Assembly (NCBI GenBank): GCA_963823665.1 | Contig: CAWGMQ010000008.1 | Location: forward strand, 1,120,001 to 1,184,000 | Origin: an uncultured Planctomycetota bacterium | GTDB lineage: Bacteria > Planctomycetota > Planctomycetia > Isosphaerales > Isosphaeraceae | Length of the DNA: 64,000 bases | Reading direction: 5' to 3' | Shown here: one piece after another, positions 62,571 through 64,000 of the stretch | Numbering within the stretch: the first letter of the stretch is position 1 | How the letters are laid out: each line of letters begins with the position of its first letter | Program-made: the position numbers and the translations under genes | Notes under the pieces: generated by a model | The model's database searches: none | Seen by the model: the letters and a program-made list of their open reading frames with translations, nothing else | What the model was told of the DNA's origin: nothing

Positions 62571-64000
62571 ATGGACGCTCATCCAACCTTGCATCCGACC
62601 GATCAGACGCTGAGCTCGTACGGACTCGGTAAGCTCGATGACCGGTCGGCAGACGTAGTGAACAAACATTTGGAGCAGTGCCCGGATTGTCGGAAACGGG
62701 TTTCCGAAATGTCGGCTGATAGTTTCCTAGAACGGGTCCGGGATGGACAGGAGCCTTCGGGCGATACGACGTTCGGCCAGTCGCTGCTTGGTGGGGCGCA
62801 GAGCGACAAGGGCGAGAGCCCTCAGGCCCCGCCTCCGGCAAGCACCCTTCCACCCGGCCTGGCTGAACATCCCGATTACGAGATCAAGCGAGAGCTCGGC
62901 CGTGGCGGGATGGGCGTGGTCTATCTGGCCCACAACAAAATGATGGGGCGCGACGAGGTGCTGAAGGTGATGAGCCGACAGATCATGGAGCGCCCCGGAG
63001 TGCTCGAACGATTTCTCCGCGAGATCCGGGTCGTGGCCAGGCTTCGGCACCCCAACATCGTGACGGCGTACCACGCCACGCGACTGCGCGAAAGTTTCGT
63101 GTTTGCGATGGAGTATGTCGAGGGTCTCGACCTGTCGAAAATGGTCAAGGCCAAGGGCGCAATGCCCGTCGCTCACGCGTGCAATTTCGTTTATCAGGCG
63201 GCGCTCGGGCTCCAGCACGCGCATGATGAAGGACTCGTCCACCGCGACATCAAGCCAGGCAACCTGATGCTCTCTCGAAAGGGAGGCAAGGCGATTGTCA
63301 AGGTCCTCGATTTCGGTCTGGCGAAGGCGACTCGCGAGGAGAAGGTCGACGACGCGTTGACCTCCGAAGGTCAGGCTCTAGGCACGCCCGACTATATTGC
63401 GCCCGAGCAAATCCTCGACGCGATGAGTGCTGATATCCGCGCCGACATCTACAGTCTCGGTGGCACGCTCTATTACCTTTTGGCCGGCCGCCCGCCGTTC
63501 CAGGCGAATTCGCTGTACGACATGTACCAGGCTCACATTTCGCGTGATGCCGACCTGCTGAACTTCGTACGCGCGGAGGTACCGTCAGAACTGGCGGCGC
63601 TCGTCGCTAAGATGATGGCGAAGGAGCCGGTGCGGCGGTTTCAGACCCCAGCGGACGTCGCTCGAGCACTTGCTCCATTCTTCAAGAGGGACGCGTTGCT
63701 TCCGGCGCCTCAGACGTTTGAGAAATCCCGCTCGATGCCCGAAGTCGAACCGAAGCTGGATTCTCGCCCGGGCGCCACGCCGGGGCATTCCGCTGCTCGG
63801 GCTGCGGTCTCACGCCCGCGAGAAGACGCGGCACCGAAGCAGCGCGACGGCAACGTGGCGTGGGAAAGGTTGATTCAGATCGCGGACGATGAACCGCTCA
63901 TCGAGCTGGAAATACCCAAGCCGGCGAAGTCAGCAGCCAGGAATGTACCGAGCAGGAGGCAGCCGGGCGAGGAATGGCGCGTGGCACTTGCGGCCGCCGC
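62571..64000 (+). CDS. zf-HC2 - Ser/Thr kinase, third paralog (runs off the window end; absent from the ORF track)
   Basis: MDAHPTLHPTDQTLSSYGLGKLD..HLEQCPDC..GRGGMGVVY..HRDIKPGN..DFGLAK..GTPDYIAPEQ, read directly from the sequence. Confidence 0.9.
   Translation, partial: MDAHPTLHPTDQTLSSYGLGKLDDRSADVVNKHLEQCPDCRKRVSEMSADSFLERVRDGQEPSGDTTFGQSLLGGAQSDKGESPQAPPPASTLPPGLAEHPDYEIKRELGRGGMGVVYLAHNKMMGRDEVLKVMSRQIMERPGVLERFLREIRVVARLRHPNIVTAYHATRLRESFVFAMEYVEGLDLSKMVKAKGAMPVAHACNFVYQAALGLQHAHDEGLVHRDIKPGNLMLSRKGGKAIVKVLDFGLAKATREEKVDDALTSEGQALGTPDYIAPEQILDAMSADIRADIYSLGGTLYYLLAGRPPFQANSLYDMYQAHISRDADLLNFVRAEVPSELAALVAKMMAKEPVRRFQTPADVARALAPFFKRDALLPAPQTFEKSRSMPEVEPKLDSRPGATPGHSAARAAVSRPREDAAPKQRDGNVAWERLIQIADDEPLIELEIPKPAKSAARNVPSRRQPGEEWRVALAAA

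Overview
GC-rich (about 65%) planctomycete-type DNA, probably Isosphaeraceae-like judging from the gene families (DUF1501, DUF1080, Uma2, ECF-kinase pairs). The window is dominated by signalling genes: six ECF sigma domains, six Hanks-type Ser/Thr kinases, a CpxRA-like two-component pair, a BlaI/BlaR1 pair and two double-FHA proteins. No rRNA, tRNA, CRISPR array or intact transposase was seen. Main points of interest: (1) a tandem array of three ECF sigma / TM / Wza-like (Poly_export+SLBB) fusions plus a fourth sigma-less copy. The fourth copy starts exactly where the three fusions carry a conserved internal SD+ATG, and all four have a hypervariable loop at the same site. (2) A kinase-expansion locus at 47.7-64 kb: three zinc-finger anti-sigma kinases with swapped C-terminal modules, each preceded by the same leader of about 130 bp, which begins with a copy of the last ~14 codons of the single ECF gene. 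(3) Two Rpn-like nuclease genes with a strong internal start, as in intragenic antitoxins. (4) A divergent enolase (SARSGET, QD) coupled to an APH-family kinase that carries an in-frame palindromic insertion. Many genes are split by frameshifts, which are probably long-read assembly errors. All family assignments come from motif recognition by eye, not from database searches.
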